Translations under genes and position numbers: made by a program
Shown here: positions 1 to 10,011 of the stretch, piece after piece
How the letters are laid out: every line of letters begins with the position of its first letter
How positions within the stretch are numbered: position 1 is the first letter of the stretch
Notes under the pieces: generated by a model
Told to the model about the DNA's origin: nothing
What the model saw: only the letters and a program-made list of their open reading frames with translations
Databases searched by the model: none
Origin: Alphaproteobacteria bacterium
Lineage (GTDB): Bacteria > Pseudomonadota > Alphaproteobacteria > UBA828
Reading direction: 5' to 3'
Assembly: GCA_965237415.1 (NCBI GenBank)
Contig: CBDEFM010000002.1
Span: forward strand, 2,368,001 to 2,432,000
Length of the DNA stretch: 64,000 nucleotides

Positions 1-372
1 GATCAGCGGGTGAATGCCGGTGTAAGCGACGATCCCGCCGGTGAGCGCGCCGATCGCCGTGCCGAGCGCAAGGATGCCGATATAGGCGCCGGCGAAGGTC
101 GCCGGATCGGATCCGGCGAAGGAGGCGAACAACACCGAGAGGAGGCCGAGGAGACCGGCAAAGGAGAGGTCGATGCCGCCCGACAGGACGACGACCGTCT
201 GGGCGAGCGCAACCAGCGCGAGCGCGACCAGCTGGTCCTGGACATTGGCGATATTCAGCACGGTGACAAAGCGGTCGGACGAAATCACGCCGACGATGAA
301 GACTGCCGCGATCAGACCGACAATCGCCAGATGGACGTTCTGGAAGCGGACGGCGCGCGCAAAGTCAGTCAT
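1..372 (-). CDS. Sugar ABC transporter permease (RbsC family), runs off the window start
   Basis: Hand translation MTDFARAVRFQNVHLAIVGLIAAVF...AQTVVVLSGGIDLS... shows the GGIDLS motif; it overlaps the end of the ATPase gene; not in the ORF track. Confidence 0.85.
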   Translation of the reverse strand, partial: MTDFARAVRFQNVHLAIVGLIAAVFIVGVISSDRFVTVLNIANVQDQLVALALVALAQTVVVLSGGIDLSFAGLLGLLSVLFASFAGSDPATFAGAYIGILALGTAIGALTGGIVAYTGIHPLI

Positions 373-1891
373 GGGATTGGGATGCGAGCTCGTCACCTCC
401 CGTCGCGGCGGCGGCGATCGCCATGATGCCGTCTTCCGTAATGGCGTCGCCAAGCAGTTCGGCGACGAACGCGCCGTCGCGCATGACGTGGACGCGGTCG
501 CACAGCCCGACGATTTCGATCAGTTCGGAGGAGATGACCAGGATTGCCACGCCATCGCGGGCCAGAGCACGCAAGGTGCGGTAAATCTCAGCCTTGGTGG
601 CGACATCCACGCCGCGCGTCGGCTCGTCGAGGAGCACGATTTTGGGGGCATTCTCGAGCAGCCGGCCGATCAGCACCTTCTGCTGGTTGCCGCCCGACAG
701 GGCCGATATGGGCTGCCCGACATGATCGACGACAACGCTGAACCGCTCGACGACGGAACGGGAGCGCTCCTCCTCGTTGCGCGGCGAAAGCGCAAGCGAC
801 CGGGCGCCTTTGCCCAGCGTCGACGCCGCGAAATTCCAGGCGACCGAGGCGTCGGGAAACAGGCCGTTGGCCTTGCGGTCTTCCGTCAGCATGGCAAGGC
901 CGGCGGCGAGACTGCGGCCCGGCGTCCTTCTGCCGTAGGTCACGCCAGAGAGCTCGACGGTCCCGGCTCCGCGTGCCGCCCCGAAGATCGCCAGCGCCAG
1001 TTCGGTCCGTCCGGAGCCGACGAGGCCCGCCAGCCCCGCGATCTCGCCAGGGCGGAGATCCAGGTCGACCGGCGGCGCGCCGCCCTCTGCGGTGAGGCCG
1101 CGCAGCGAGAGCACCGGCTCTTTGTCGGTCGCAGCCCCGCTCTTCGGGGGAAACAGTTCGCCCAGGCTGCGCCCAACCATCGCGGCGACGACCCTGTCGT
1201 GGTCGTAATCGTCGATTGGCCCGGACGAGGTGACATCGCCGTCCTTCAGGACGCAGATGTCGGTGCAGACGTCGAAAATTTCGTCCAAGCGGTGCGAGAC
1301 GTAGACGAGACCCATCCCCTGCTCCCGCAGGTCGCGCAGAATCAGGAACAAATGGTCGATCTCCCGGTGCGAGAGCACCGCCGTCGGCTCATCCAGAATG
1401 AGCACGCGGGCCCGGGATCGAAGCGCCTTGGCGATTTCCACCATCTGCGCGTCGGCGACGCTAAGCCGGTCGAGCGTCGCGTCGGGGTCCAGATCGATGC
1501 GGAGCTGTTGAAGCAGGTCGACACAGTCGCGGCGAAGCGCGCGCCGGTCGACCAGGCCGAGCCGGTTGCGCGGCTCCTTCTCCAGAAACACGTTCTCGGC
1601 CACCGTGAGCGCCGAGATGGTCGAAAATTCCTGATGGACAACGGCGATGCCGGCGGCAATCGCCTCTTTTGGTCCGGCGAAGACCACCGGGTCGCCATCC
1701 AGCAGGACCTGCCCGACCGACGGCGTATAGACGCCGGTCATAAGCTTGATGAGAGTCGACTTCCCGGCGCCGTTCTCGCCGCAGAGCGCGATGGTGCGGC
1801 CGGCATTGACCTCGAAATCGATATTGCGGAGGACCTCGTTGCTGCCGAAGGATTTCGTCAAGCCCTTAGCGGCAAGCGCCGGATGAGCCAT
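365..1891 (-). CDS. Sugar ABC transporter ATP-binding protein (RbsA-like, two NBDs)
   Basis: GENGAGKST Walker A, LDEPT twice, LSGGNQQK signature. Confidence 0.95.
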   Translation of the reverse strand: MAHPALAAKGLTKSFGSNEVLRNIDFEVNAGRTIALCGENGAGKSTLIKLMTGVYTPSVGQVLLDGDPVVFAGPKEAIAAGIAVVHQEFSTISALTVAENVFLEKEPRNRLGLVDRRALRRDCVDLLQQLRIDLDPDATLDRLSVADAQMVEIAKALRSRARVLILDEPTAVLSHREIDHLFLILRDLREQGMGLVYVSHRLDEIFDVCTDICVLKDGDVTSSGPIDDYDHDRVVAAMVGRSLGELFPPKSGAATDKEPVLSLRGLTAEGGAPPVDLDLRPGEIAGLAGLVGSGRTELALAIFGAARGAGTVELSGVTYGRRTPGRSLAAGLAMLTEDRKANGLFPDASVAWNFAASTLGKGARSLALSPRNEEERSRSVVERFSVVVDHVGQPISALSGGNQQKVLIGRLLENAPKIVLLDEPTRGVDVATKAEIYRTLRALARDGVAILVISSELIEIVGLCDRVHVMRDGAFVAELLGDAITEDGIMAIAAAATGGDELASQSHD

Positions 1892-1986
1892 GTCGCCTTC
1901 CTCCCAGGCGCCGGCGGCATCCAGCCGCCGTAACGAACGGCCCCCCAGCCAGAACGGCTGAGGGACCGTCCATCGTCGTCGGCAGA

Positions 1987-3114
1987 TTACTTCGGATAGT
2001 CGGCGGTGAAGGTCTCCGGATCGTAGTCCGGGCCGACGCCGCTCGACATGATGACCGAGCCCGGCTTGTCCATAAGGGCATAGTCCTTGACGAAGACATC
2101 CGCCTGGACCGACGCGGTCTCGTGACCCTCGGAGACCACGATCTGCTGGTTCACCTCGATCCGGCGCGGAATGCCCTTGCCCGCCAGCACATCGAACAGC
2201 AATTCGAACGACACGGCGCCCATGGCCGGCGGATAGTCGATGCCGACCATCGGAACCTGGTTCTGCACGCTCAGCTGGTACATCGCGTTGAAGTCTCCGC
2301 CGGTATGCGGCGGGATCGCGCCGGCCTCGTAGCCGGCGGCGAGGAAGGCTTCGATCGAGCCCGAGCCCTGCAGGCCGGAATCGGCCCAGACGCCGGCGAT
2401 GTCATTGCCGTACTTCTGAATGAGGGCCGACATGATCGTCTTGCCGTTGGCCGGCGACCAGGACGTGTACTGGACTTCCAGGACCTCGATGCCGGGATAT
2501 TGGTTGAAGACCTCGTGCGCCGCCTTGATGCGGTTCTCCGCCGGCGAAGCGCCGGCCAGGCCGCCCAGCATCACGACCTTGCCTTCGAAGTTCAGCGTCT
2601 CAGCCAGCCACTGTGCAGAGATCCGGCCCAGCGCCTGGTCGGAGGCGGTGACAAAGGTAATGTAGCTGTCCTTGGACGTAACCTCGCGGTCCACCAGAAC
2701 GATGGGGACGCCGCTCTTGTTGGCGCGGCGGAGTGCGGGATCCAGCGCTTCCGCGGTCGCCGGGCTGACGAGGAGAATGTCGACGCCCTGAGCGAGCAGA
2801 TCCTGAATATCGGCGGCCTGCTTGGAGGGGTTGTCGTTGGCGTCGGTGATGATGAAGCGCTTCAGCTTGTCCTTGTTGCGCTCGGCGGCGGCTTCGATGC
2901 CGTGCAGCATGGCCACGCGCCAGGGATTGGAGAGGCTCGCGTTCGAAAAGCCGATGACGTAGGGGCCATCCTTCTTGTACTCGGCTGCGTCGTAGATGTC
3001 GACGCCGCCGGGGTTCCACAGGAAGGTGCGCGGAACGCCTTGGTAGTCGGCGCTTGCCGAGAGTGCGTAGACCAGCCCGACGGCGGCCAGGGCACATATC
3101 TTGAGCAGTCGCAT
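1987..3114 (-). CDS. Sugar ABC transporter periplasmic binding protein
   Basis: Signal peptide; IGFSNASLSNPWR and QAADIQDLLAQGVDILLVSP typical of type I PBPs; in operon with ATPase and permease. Confidence 0.9.
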   Translation of the reverse strand: MRLLKICALAAVGLVYALSASADYQGVPRTFLWNPGGVDIYDAAEYKKDGPYVIGFSNASLSNPWRVAMLHGIEAAAERNKDKLKRFIITDANDNPSKQAADIQDLLAQGVDILLVSPATAEALDPALRRANKSGVPIVLVDREVTSKDSYITFVTASDQALGRISAQWLAETLNFEGKVVMLGGLAGASPAENRIKAAHEVFNQYPGIEVLEVQYTSWSPANGKTIMSALIQKYGNDIAGVWADSGLQGSGSIEAFLAAGYEAGAIPPHTGGDFNAMYQLSVQNQVPMVGIDYPPAMGAVSFELLFDVLAGKGIPRRIEVNQQIVVSEGHETASVQADVFVKDYALMDKPGSVIMSSGVGPDYDPETFTADYPK

Positions 3115-3334
3115 GGTCTTCTCCCTCTGCTGCGAAGTTTGCCTATCGGTCGTGACAAAGCGGATAGGGCGGACCCCAATGGATCCTTTGGTTTGAATAC
3201 TAGTTGAGTGCGGTCAGTGAGGCCATGTGTGGGTGGCCGGCCGCGCGCCGTCAAGCGCCGCCCTCGCAATGCAGCGCGCTTGTCTGGGCCGAGCGCCGGC
3301 GGCAGTGGCCGCCGCCCCCGCTGCCGTGACCGCA

Positions 3335-4462
3335 TCAACCGGCGGGCTTCCGTGGGGCGTTCTTGCGCCGATCACGATCCGTGGCGAGCCGTAGGAGATC
3401 AAAGGGCAGACGAGCAAGACGCCATGGCCTGTGTGCGGAATTGGCCAATAGAGTTCCTACTTGCCAGCGCATGCTGTTCTGCATATCACGAACCTTGTTC
3501 CTTTCTTCCCGAAGCTGTCGTTCGACCTTTCCAACCCTCTCGTTGGCCGCCTCAATCTCTAGTTCGAGACCTAAGACAGTCTTTCTCGGCTCTCTAACTT
3601 CACTTTCGAGTTTTGCGGTTTGGCTTCGAGTCGAAGTCTCGCTCACGTGTTCACTCTCCACTAGCGAACCGTGAACGACTGTTGCGTTCAAAAAATCGCG
3701 CTCCAGATCGGTCTTTGAATATCGTGACAGCACATCTTCAAAACGATTATAGAAACCCTCATCAAACTGTGAACAAGAGAACCATTCCTTTTGAACTTCG
3801 AATCCGAGAATCTCAAAATAGTGCCTATATCCTGAGTACGTCAACTTATTCACCCACGCAGGTCTGTTCGGTTTTCTACCAGTATTAAGGTAGAATTCTT
3901 CGAAGACATCATCCGTAAACAGGAGATGCGGCCACGGAAAGAACACTTCTCTATATCGATGGGATGCCTGTGGACCTCGATAAAGATTTGCACTTAGAAA
4001 GAAGTGCCCATCATTCCTTAGAAGCCGCTTGACCCCTTGAAGGGCTGCGTAGGGATGCTTGATATGTTCCCAAACAGCGGAAGAATAGATTAGGTCGAAT
4101 TGCCCTATATCCTCGTGATCCTTGGAGCTTACATCCAAAACACGCAGATCGAGGTTCGGAACAGACTTATAGTCAGACCACTCTCGTTCCACAATATCGA
4201 CACCCACTACGTCGCAGGCATAATTTCTGGCAAGCACATATGAGAACGCACCGCGGCCACAACCGATTTCAAGCACGCGCTTGTCACGAACATTCAGCAA
4301 TTTATCTATGTTGGCGGCTCGCCGTTTCGCCGCCTCTTCCAAATCCACCTTTCCAGTACGTCTCGGCCGCGGTACAATCGGTTTATCCTTATATTCTTCG
4401 TTTAACTCAAGAAACAAATCGAGGTTGAAGCTTTTATTTTCCCTAGTCATGCCGCTTTCCAT
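3335..4462 (-). CDS. Class I SAM-dependent methyltransferase with C-terminal coiled coil
   Basis: VLEIGCGRG motif I, FDLIYSSAVWEHI, heptad-like LELEIEAANERVGKVERQLREERNKV; AT-richer than flanks. Confidence 0.85.
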   Translation of the reverse strand: MESGMTRENKSFNLDLFLELNEEYKDKPIVPRPRRTGKVDLEEAAKRRAANIDKLLNVRDKRVLEIGCGRGAFSYVLARNYACDVVGVDIVEREWSDYKSVPNLDLRVLDVSSKDHEDIGQFDLIYSSAVWEHIKHPYAALQGVKRLLRNDGHFFLSANLYRGPQASHRYREVFFPWPHLLFTDDVFEEFYLNTGRKPNRPAWVNKLTYSGYRHYFEILGFEVQKEWFSCSQFDEGFYNRFEDVLSRYSKTDLERDFLNATVVHGSLVESEHVSETSTRSQTAKLESEVREPRKTVLGLELEIEAANERVGKVERQLREERNKVRDMQNSMRWQVGTLLANSAHRPWRLARLPFDLLRLATDRDRRKNAPRKPAG

Positions 4463-4740
4463 CTATTCTACATTCCGATCGTCAGATGTCTTCTCCAGGC
4501 GTTTGTCAGAACATTGTGACGGTAACAGTTCGCAGATGGTGAAACGCAGGCGAGTCGGAATGAGTGCTCCGACGATCGGACGCACAATCGAGATCCTGTC
4601 TCGCGCCATTGGGTCATCTCGCAGCTACACGCGAGGTTAAGGCACTTCAAGCGTGCCATCTTCGCGATCCCCTCTCTGCCAACATCGATGAGACACCTGC
4701 ACCCCTTGGAATTACTGTGGGGCGGTGGAGATGAGAACCG

Positions 4741-5229
4741 ATGGTCACAGAGAGAGAATCGATGGCATTGAACGAGATGGGCGCTCGGGCTCTGGGGATT
4801 GAGGAGCGGAGCGACGAGACCCCCAGAGCCCGAGCGAGCGGCGCGAGGCCGGCGCCGGACCCCGAGGTGGTAGCCAAGCCGAAGCGGCGCCAGTTCACCG
4901 CCGAGTATCGACTGCGAATCCTAGAGGAGGCCGACCGCTGCACGCAGCCCGGCGAGGTCGGACGGCTGCTTCGCCGGGAAGGGTTGTACACCTCCCACCT
5001 GTCGGCTTGGCGCAAAGCGCGTCGTCAAGGCTCGTTGCGGGGCCTGACCCCGAACAAGCGCGGCGCCAAGCCTGCCGAGCATAACCCGCTCAGCGCGAAG
5101 GTGCGCGAGCTCGAGGCGAAAGTGGCGCGGCTGGAGAAGGAGTTGCACACCGCGCATACCATCCTGGATGTCCAGGGAAAAGTTGCCGGGCTGCTGGGAT
5201 TCAACCTCAGCGACGCGAAGGACTGCTGA
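4741..5229 (+). CDS. IS3-family transposase OrfA
   Basis: KRRQFTAEYRLRILEEAD...LLRREGLYTSHLSAWRK HTH plus zipper. Confidence 0.9.
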   Translation: MVTERESMALNEMGARALGIEERSDETPRARASGARPAPDPEVVAKPKRRQFTAEYRLRILEEADRCTQPGEVGRLLRREGLYTSHLSAWRKARRQGSLRGLTPNKRGAKPAEHNPLSAKVRELEAKVARLEKELHTAHTILDVQGKVAGLLGFNLSDAKDC

Positions 5230-6230
5230 TGGCGGCCCAAGGGCTCGCCTCACAGGTCGGTGTGGCCCCAGCGTGCCGAGCGCTGGGTGTGTCACGGACC
5301 ACCTTCTACCGTCGTCACAAGGTCACTCCCGGGCACCAGCAGCCCCGTCCAACGCCCGCCCGGGCGCTGTGCGAGTCCGAACGCGAGCATGTTCTCAACG
5401 TGCTCGCCTCCCCTCGCTTCGTCGACCGCGCGCCCGCCGAGGTCGTCGCCACGCTACTCGATGAAGGCCAGTACCTGTGCTCGGAGCGCACGATGTATCG
5501 GATCCTGGCCGCGAATCAGCCGGTGCGAGAGCGGCGCAATCAGCTCGAACATCCTCCCTACAGCAAGCCCGAGCTGGTGGCCACCGCGCCGAACCAGACG
5601 TGGTCCTGGGACATCACTCGACTGCTGGCACCGACACGCTGGACCTACTTCTACCTCTACGTCTTGCTCGACATCTTCAGCCGCTACGTGGTCGGCTGGA
5701 TGGTCGCCGAGAGGGAGAACTCCGCCCTCGCCGCAACGCTGATCGAGCAGACCTGCCTCAAGCAAGGCATCGCGCCCCAGGTCCTCACCCTGCACTCCGA
5801 CCGCGGGGCGCCCATGACCAGCAAATGCACCGCACAACTGCTCGCCGACCTCGGCGTCACACGCTCGCTGAGCCGCCCCCAGGTCAGCGATGACAACCCC
5901 TTCTCCGAGGCCCAGTTCAAGACCCTGAAGTACCATCCCGGCTTCCCTGGGCGATTCGACGATATCCACGCCGCCATCGCCTTCTGCCAGTCGTTCTTCC
6001 CTTGGTACAACACCGAGCACCGCCATGGCGGAATCGCCATGCTCACCCCCGATGACGTCCATCACGGCCGTGCCCACACCGTGCTGCAACAACGTGAACA
6101 GACCCTGCGCGCCGCCTGGAACCATCATCCTGAGCGCTTCGTTCGCGGCATCCCCAAACCCCTGCCGCTTCCCAAAGCGGTCTGGATCAATCCACCTGAC
6201 ACATCCACAACAGGAGAGACTGCTCAGTAA
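5229..6230 (+). CDS. IS3-family transposase OrfB (DDE integrase core)
   Basis: WSWDIT, LHSDRG, SDDNPFSEAQFKTLKY; coupled to OrfA by TGATG. Confidence 0.95.
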   Translation: MAAQGLASQVGVAPACRALGVSRTTFYRRHKVTPGHQQPRPTPARALCESEREHVLNVLASPRFVDRAPAEVVATLLDEGQYLCSERTMYRILAANQPVRERRNQLEHPPYSKPELVATAPNQTWSWDITRLLAPTRWTYFYLYVLLDIFSRYVVGWMVAERENSALAATLIEQTCLKQGIAPQVLTLHSDRGAPMTSKCTAQLLADLGVTRSLSRPQVSDDNPFSEAQFKTLKYHPGFPGRFDDIHAAIAFCQSFFPWYNTEHRHGGIAMLTPDDVHHGRAHTVLQQREQTLRAAWNHHPERFVRGIPKPLPLPKAVWINPPDTSTTGETAQ

Positions 6231-7872
6231 ATCGCAATCGACGGTGTCTCAAAGTCGTTGACAGGTTCCGATCCTGCGCGACTCTACTTGCCGATCGCCG
6301 GGCGAAATCGCCGAAGCCCGCGCCTCCGCCCGTGCTCATCACCAGGCGGTCGCCCTTCGCCAGGCGGAAGCTCGTCTTCGAGCCGAGCACGATCTTCTCG
6401 TTGCCGCGCAGCACGCAGGCATGCGCCGCACCGCCGTCCGCACCGCCGAATAACCCCTCCGGCGGGATTGTGAAACGATCGGAGTAGGACTGGTACTCGA
6501 CGTCGTCCGCCAGCACCTCGTACACCCGCCTGATACCGAGCCCGCCGCGCCATTCTCCTTCGCCGCCCGAGCCCGCCACGAGCGCGTACTCCGCCACGCG
6601 GAAGAACGCGTGCTCCATGTCGATGGCCTCGACGGGGATGTTGGAGCAGTTGGAGAGGGGGCTGTCGACCGCGTCGCAACCGTCGCCCAGCGCGCTCGCA
6701 CCGTAGCCACCCCCGAAGATCTCAAGATAGATGCCGTAACCCTCCTCACCGAGGTGCGAGAGGCACGTGGCGTGCGTGGTGTCGAAGCCGGCCGCCATCA
6801 CCCGCTCGGGCACCGCCTCGGCGAGAGCCTTCATCACCGCATTGTACGCGCGGTAGGCGGACAGCATTCGCGCGCGCACCGGGGCCGGAGGGCGCGGATT
6901 GAGCAGCGAGCCGTAAGGCGCAGCAATGCTGATCGGCCGCTTCGCGCCCTCGTTGAAGGGGATGTCGGGGCTCGTGAGCACCGACTTGACGCACGAGAGC
7001 CCCGCCGCGATCGTCGATGCGAAGGGGCAGTTCACGTTCGTACGCACCTGATCGCACGTCCCCTCGTAGTCGACCGAGACGGTATCGCCCGCGATCTCCA
7101 CCCGCGCGCGCACCACGAGCGGCTGGTCGTTCTCTCCGTCGCTGTCGAGCTGGTCCTCGCCGTGGTAGACGCCGTCGGGTGCTGCGGCAATCGCGGCCCG
7201 CATGCGCTGCTCGGTGTAGTCGAGCAGCCCCGCCATCGCCTCTTTGACCGTGTCCGCCCCGAACTTCCCGCAGAGCTCGATCACGCGCCTCGCTCCGACC
7301 CCGTTTGCCGCGAACTGCGCATTGCAGTCCCCGATCGTCTTCTCCGGAACGCGCACATTTGCGCGTACCAGACGCTCGAAGGGGCCGCCGTTCCAGTCGC
7401 GGTTCACGTTGTAGCGGCTCGGCGGAAAGATGAGGCCCTCCTGATGGACGTCGCCGGCCGCCATGTTGAGACCCGGCGCCCCGCCGCCGAGATCGAGGTG
7501 ATGGGCGACGGTTGCGCTGAACCCGACGAGCCTGGTGCCGAAAAAGATGGGTGTGAAGATGAATATGTCGGGGACGTGCTGCCCGCCGTGATACGGATCG
7601 TTGTTGATGTAGAAGTCGTCGGGCTCCAGCGTCTCGGGCGGATAGAGCTCTGCACAGGCTCGGAAGGTCGTGGCGATCGGGCCGAGTTGCATGGGAATGA
7701 GCTCCGCCTGGCTCACCACGTTGCCGTCCACGTCCAGCAGCGCAGCGGAGCAGTCGTTCGCCTCCCGCACGATCGGCGAGTAGGCCGAGCGCACGAGTTT
7801 GATCCCCATTTCCTTTGCGGCAGCGATCAGCGCCTGGGAGATGATCGCCTGGTCGACCTGATCGAGCGACAT
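6187..7872 (-). CDS. Hydantoinase B/oxoprolinase family protein; native C-terminus replaced by IS read-through
   Basis: SAYSPIVREANDCS, NDPYHGGQHVPD, GGGAGFGD; last ~26 aa come from IS sequence. Confidence 0.92.
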   Translation of the reverse strand: MSLDQVDQAIISQALIAAAKEMGIKLVRSAYSPIVREANDCSAALLDVDGNVVSQAELIPMQLGPIATTFRACAELYPPETLEPDDFYINNDPYHGGQHVPDIFIFTPIFFGTRLVGFSATVAHHLDLGGGAPGLNMAAGDVHQEGLIFPPSRYNVNRDWNGGPFERLVRANVRVPEKTIGDCNAQFAANGVGARRVIELCGKFGADTVKEAMAGLLDYTEQRMRAAIAAAPDGVYHGEDQLDSDGENDQPLVVRARVEIAGDTVSVDYEGTCDQVRTNVNCPFASTIAAGLSCVKSVLTSPDIPFNEGAKRPISIAAPYGSLLNPRPPAPVRARMLSAYRAYNAVMKALAEAVPERVMAAGFDTTHATCLSHLGEEGYGIYLEIFGGGYGASALGDGCDAVDSPLSNCSNIPVEAIDMEHAFFRVAEYALVAGSGGEGEWRGGLGIRRVYEVLADDVEYQSYSDRFTIPPEGLFGGADGGAAHACVLRGNEKIVLGSKTSFRLAKGDRLVMSTGGGAGFGDFARRSASRVAQDRNLSTTLRHRRLRFTEQSLLLWMCQVD

Positions 7873-7910
7873 GGGTCCTCTCCTTGGGCTCTCCGTGCTC
7901 TATCCCGAAC

Positions 7911-9932
7911 TCAGCGCGTCAGGATGACATTATGGTGTGCGTCCACCCGCGCGCGCCATCCCGGCGGGACGTAGGCGGTGGAGGTCTCGTCCGCGATGAG
8001 CAACGGTCCTTCGCCCACGCCCACATCGAGCAGCGCGCCGCGGTTGAGCCGACGGGCTTTTCTGCGCTCGCCGCCGTCGAAGAGCGTGACATCCGCTGCG
8101 TGCGGGGAGTCGTCCGTCCCGACAAGTGCGGGGACGGCCGGGGGCGGGGACGCGATGCCGAGCCGGAAGGAGACGATCTCCGGGCGGTTGGTCCGCGAGT
8201 CGTCGAACTCGAAGATGCGATGGTGCGCCTCGTTGAACCGCTCCCGCAAGAGACCCGCATCGAGACGCGCAATCTCGTCTTCGTTAAGCAGGATCGGGAC
8301 CTCGAAGGCCTGGCCCACGTAGCGCATTTCGAGCGCATGGGTGTAGCGGAGCCCGCTCGTCAGGCCGAGTTCCGCAAAGGCGGCGTCTGCGTCTGCGCGC
8401 ATGGCCGTAAACTGCGCGCGAACGCGCTCTGCGGCGCCAGCCTCGTCGAGGGCAATTCGCACCGTGCGGTTCTCGTAGCGCACGAAATCCGAGGCGACGA
8501 GGCCGAAGGCCGAGAGCACGCCGGCCTCGGGCGGAACGGCGATGGTCGAGATACCCAGCACCTCGGCGACCCGCGCCGCGTGCAGCGGCCCCGCGCCGCC
8601 GAAGGGGACGAGCACGTAATCACGCGGATCGCGGCCCCGCTCGGTCGAGACGAGCTGGATCGCCCGCACGATGTTGTGTTCGGCCACCCGTACCGCGTCG
8701 TCGGCGAGTTGCTCCACGCTTCGGCCGAACTGTTTCGCCAGCATGGCGAAGGCGCCTCGGGCAAGTTCGGGATCGACGTCCATGCGCCCGCCGAGGAAGG
8801 TGTCGGCGAGCACGGTGCCGCGCACCAGGTGCGCGTCGGTGATTGTCGGGTCGGCGCCGCCGCGCCGGTAGCAGGCCGGGCCGGGCTCCGCGCCGGCCGA
8901 GCGCGGACCGACCCGCAGCATGCCGCCGTCGTCGCGCCAGACGATCGAGCCGCCCCCCGCCCCCACCGTCACGATGTCGAGCACCGGAATGCGAATGGGC
9001 AGACCGTCGATCTCGGCGTCGCTCGTCAGCACCGGTGTCCCACCCTGCACCAGGCACACGTCGGTGCTCGTGCCACCCATGTCGAACGTGATGAGGTCGC
9101 GATAGCCCGAGCGCTCTGCCTGTCGGATCGCGCCCATCACGCCTGCCGCCGGGCCTGAGTAGAGCGAGGTAATCGCGTTGCCGGCCATGCCGCGCGCGGG
9201 CAGCCTGCCCCCGTTGGACTGCATGAGGCTGAAGCGGCCGTTGAAGCCCCGGCCGTCCAGCGCGCGCGCGAACTCGCCGAGATAGCGGTCGATGACGGGC
9301 TGCACGTACGCCGCAAGCACGGTGGTCGAGGCGCGCTCGTATTCGCGGAACTCGCGAGTCACGTCGCACGAGCACGTGATTCCGACGTCGGGAAAGGACT
9401 CGGCGACCATCGCTGCGACTCGTCGCTCATGCGTGGGGTTCGCGTAGCTGTTCAGGAAGCAGATCGCGACGGACTCATAGCCGGCGCCGTGCAACGTCTG
9501 GTGAATTCGCTGCCGCGCAGCCCCTTCATCGAGGGCGGTCACCACCTCGCCATGCGGGCCGACCCGCTCGGGGATTTCGAACGTGTCGCGGCGCGGCACC
9601 ACCGGCTCTGGCTTCCGGTAATGAATGTCGTAGATGGAGCGCCGGCTTTGCCGCTGCAGCGCGAGCAGGTCGCGAAATCCCTCCGTCGCGAAGAACGCCA
9701 CCTTGGCACCCTTGCGCTCGAGCACCGCGTTGGTGGCCACGGTCGAGCCGTGGACGAGATCGCCGGTAGCCTCCAGCACCAAACCCGACTGATCCAGCGC
9801 TGCGATGGCCCCGCGGTGCGGCTCCTGCGGCGTGCTCGGCACCTTGGTGATGCGCACACCGCCGGCCTCGAACGCGACGAGATCGGTGAACGTACCGCCG
9901 ACCTCGACCCCCACCCGGACAGCTTCGCTCAT
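7911..9932 (-). CDS. Hydantoinase A/oxoprolinase family protein
   Basis: EVGGTFTD, HGSTVATNAVLERKG, DMGGTSTD, PGPACY, FGGAGPLHA. Confidence 0.95.
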   Translation of the reverse strand: MSEAVRVGVEVGGTFTDLVAFEAGGVRITKVPSTPQEPHRGAIAALDQSGLVLEATGDLVHGSTVATNAVLERKGAKVAFFATEGFRDLLALQRQSRRSIYDIHYRKPEPVVPRRDTFEIPERVGPHGEVVTALDEGAARQRIHQTLHGAGYESVAICFLNSYANPTHERRVAAMVAESFPDVGITCSCDVTREFREYERASTTVLAAYVQPVIDRYLGEFARALDGRGFNGRFSLMQSNGGRLPARGMAGNAITSLYSGPAAGVMGAIRQAERSGYRDLITFDMGGTSTDVCLVQGGTPVLTSDAEIDGLPIRIPVLDIVTVGAGGGSIVWRDDGGMLRVGPRSAGAEPGPACYRRGGADPTITDAHLVRGTVLADTFLGGRMDVDPELARGAFAMLAKQFGRSVEQLADDAVRVAEHNIVRAIQLVSTERGRDPRDYVLVPFGGAGPLHAARVAEVLGISTIAVPPEAGVLSAFGLVASDFVRYENRTVRIALDEAGAAERVRAQFTAMRADADAAFAELGLTSGLRYTHALEMRYVGQAFEVPILLNEDEIARLDAGLLRERFNEAHHRIFEFDDSRTNRPEIVSFRLGIASPPPAVPALVGTDDSPHAADVTLFDGGERRKARRLNRGALLDVGVGEGPLLIADETSTAYVPPGWRARVDAHHNVILTR

Positions 9933-10011
9933 GCGTGCCCGCGCGTGCTCTTGCCCAATTGAGTGGGGGACGGGGTCATCTCACTCTCCCGATTGCAGGG
10001 TGCGGCAGATA

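Larger units (their letters stand above)
4671..6268 (+). mobile_element. IS3-family insertion sequence inserted in the 3' end of hyuB
   Basis: Imperfect subterminal IRs, ctgccaacatcgatgagacacc (from 4676) versus the reverse complement of the right end ending near 6263 (17/22); flanking direct repeat cgatcc at 4665-4670 and 6269-6274. Confidence 0.8.

Noticed and set aside
173-1933. Long antisense or alternate-frame ORFs (also 6610-7974, 19371-20855, 34199-35767, 37987-40296, 41221-43347, 52134-53714, 60321-61976)
   Set aside because: They shadow clearly identifiable genes, carry no motifs, and are expected in high-GC DNA.
4504-4525. Alternative left IR of the IS3 (tgtcagaacattgtgac)
   Set aside because: Weaker match than the IR at 4676, and inconsistent with the reconstructed hyuB end and the cgatcc duplication.
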